Origin: Chiloscyllium plagiosum
Taxonomy: Eukaryota
Assembly: GCF_004010195.1 (NCBI RefSeq)
Contig: NC_057718.1
Location: forward strand, 36,435,772-36,495,944
Direction: 5' to 3'
Length of the DNA: 60,173 bases
Part shown: positions 59,991-60,173 of the stretch, piece by piece
How positions within the stretch are numbered: the stretch's first letter is position 1
How the letters are laid out: each line of letters opens with the position of its first letter
The notes under the pieces: model-generated
Told to the model about the DNA's origin: nothing
Database searches by the model: none
Seen by the model: the letters and a program-made list of their open reading frames with translations, nothing else
Program-made: the position numbers and the translations under genes

Positions 59991-60173
59991 CCCCCTTGGA
60001 CACAAATCACAACAAACTAACTCGCATATATAGCATGTAATTTGGAAGATAAATAGAACATTAGTTTTTATTTTAGGGAGATGAAGAATAAAACAGTTTA
60101 ACATTGCTACAACTGTTCAGGGAATTGATGGAGTCCTCACAGTGTTGCTTTTCTTACTAACAGGGGTGTAGTT

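Larger units (their letters stand above)
56296..60173 (-). other. EML4: Last intron of the EML4-like gene (upstream exon not found in the window)
   Basis: AG acceptor at 56297-56296; no EML-like coding sequence recognised further right. Confidence 0.7.

Noticed and set aside
1..60173. CRISPR array, operons or other prokaryotic systems
   Set aside because: The sequence is vertebrate repeat-rich DNA. The recurring palindromic repeats are dispersed, have no regular spacers and belong to PLE termini.

Overview
This is eukaryotic, repeat-dense vertebrate DNA, very likely from a shark or other elasmobranch (inferred from HE1-type V-SINEs, HER1/CR1 LINEs and Deu-domain SINE remnants). The only host gene I can support is the 3' end of an EML4-like gene on the minus strand: last coding exon 56077-56295, an approximately 1.65 kb 3' UTR, and its upstream intron running to the window end. 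The rest appears intergenic and is filled with retroelements. These include the 5' end of an L1-clade element with an uninterrupted ORF1 (639 to 1, missed by the ORF track), many CR1 fragments, and a full-length decayed CR1 (esterase ORF1 plus APE/RT ORF2) in a three-tier nest. SINEs, Harbinger/Gypsy-like relics and Penelope-like elements (GIY-YIG) are also present. The most interesting signal is a set of about 11 minimal hammerhead-ribozyme motifs (CUGANGA-A-stemII-GAA-ACGU/AGCU-H) in the terminal repeats of two Penelope-like families. Several copies are short non-coding fold-back (palindromic) elements with 16-19 bp target-site duplications. The motifs vary at the free N7 position and in loop II and show a compensatory change in stem II. 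All family assignments come from motif recognition, not database searches.
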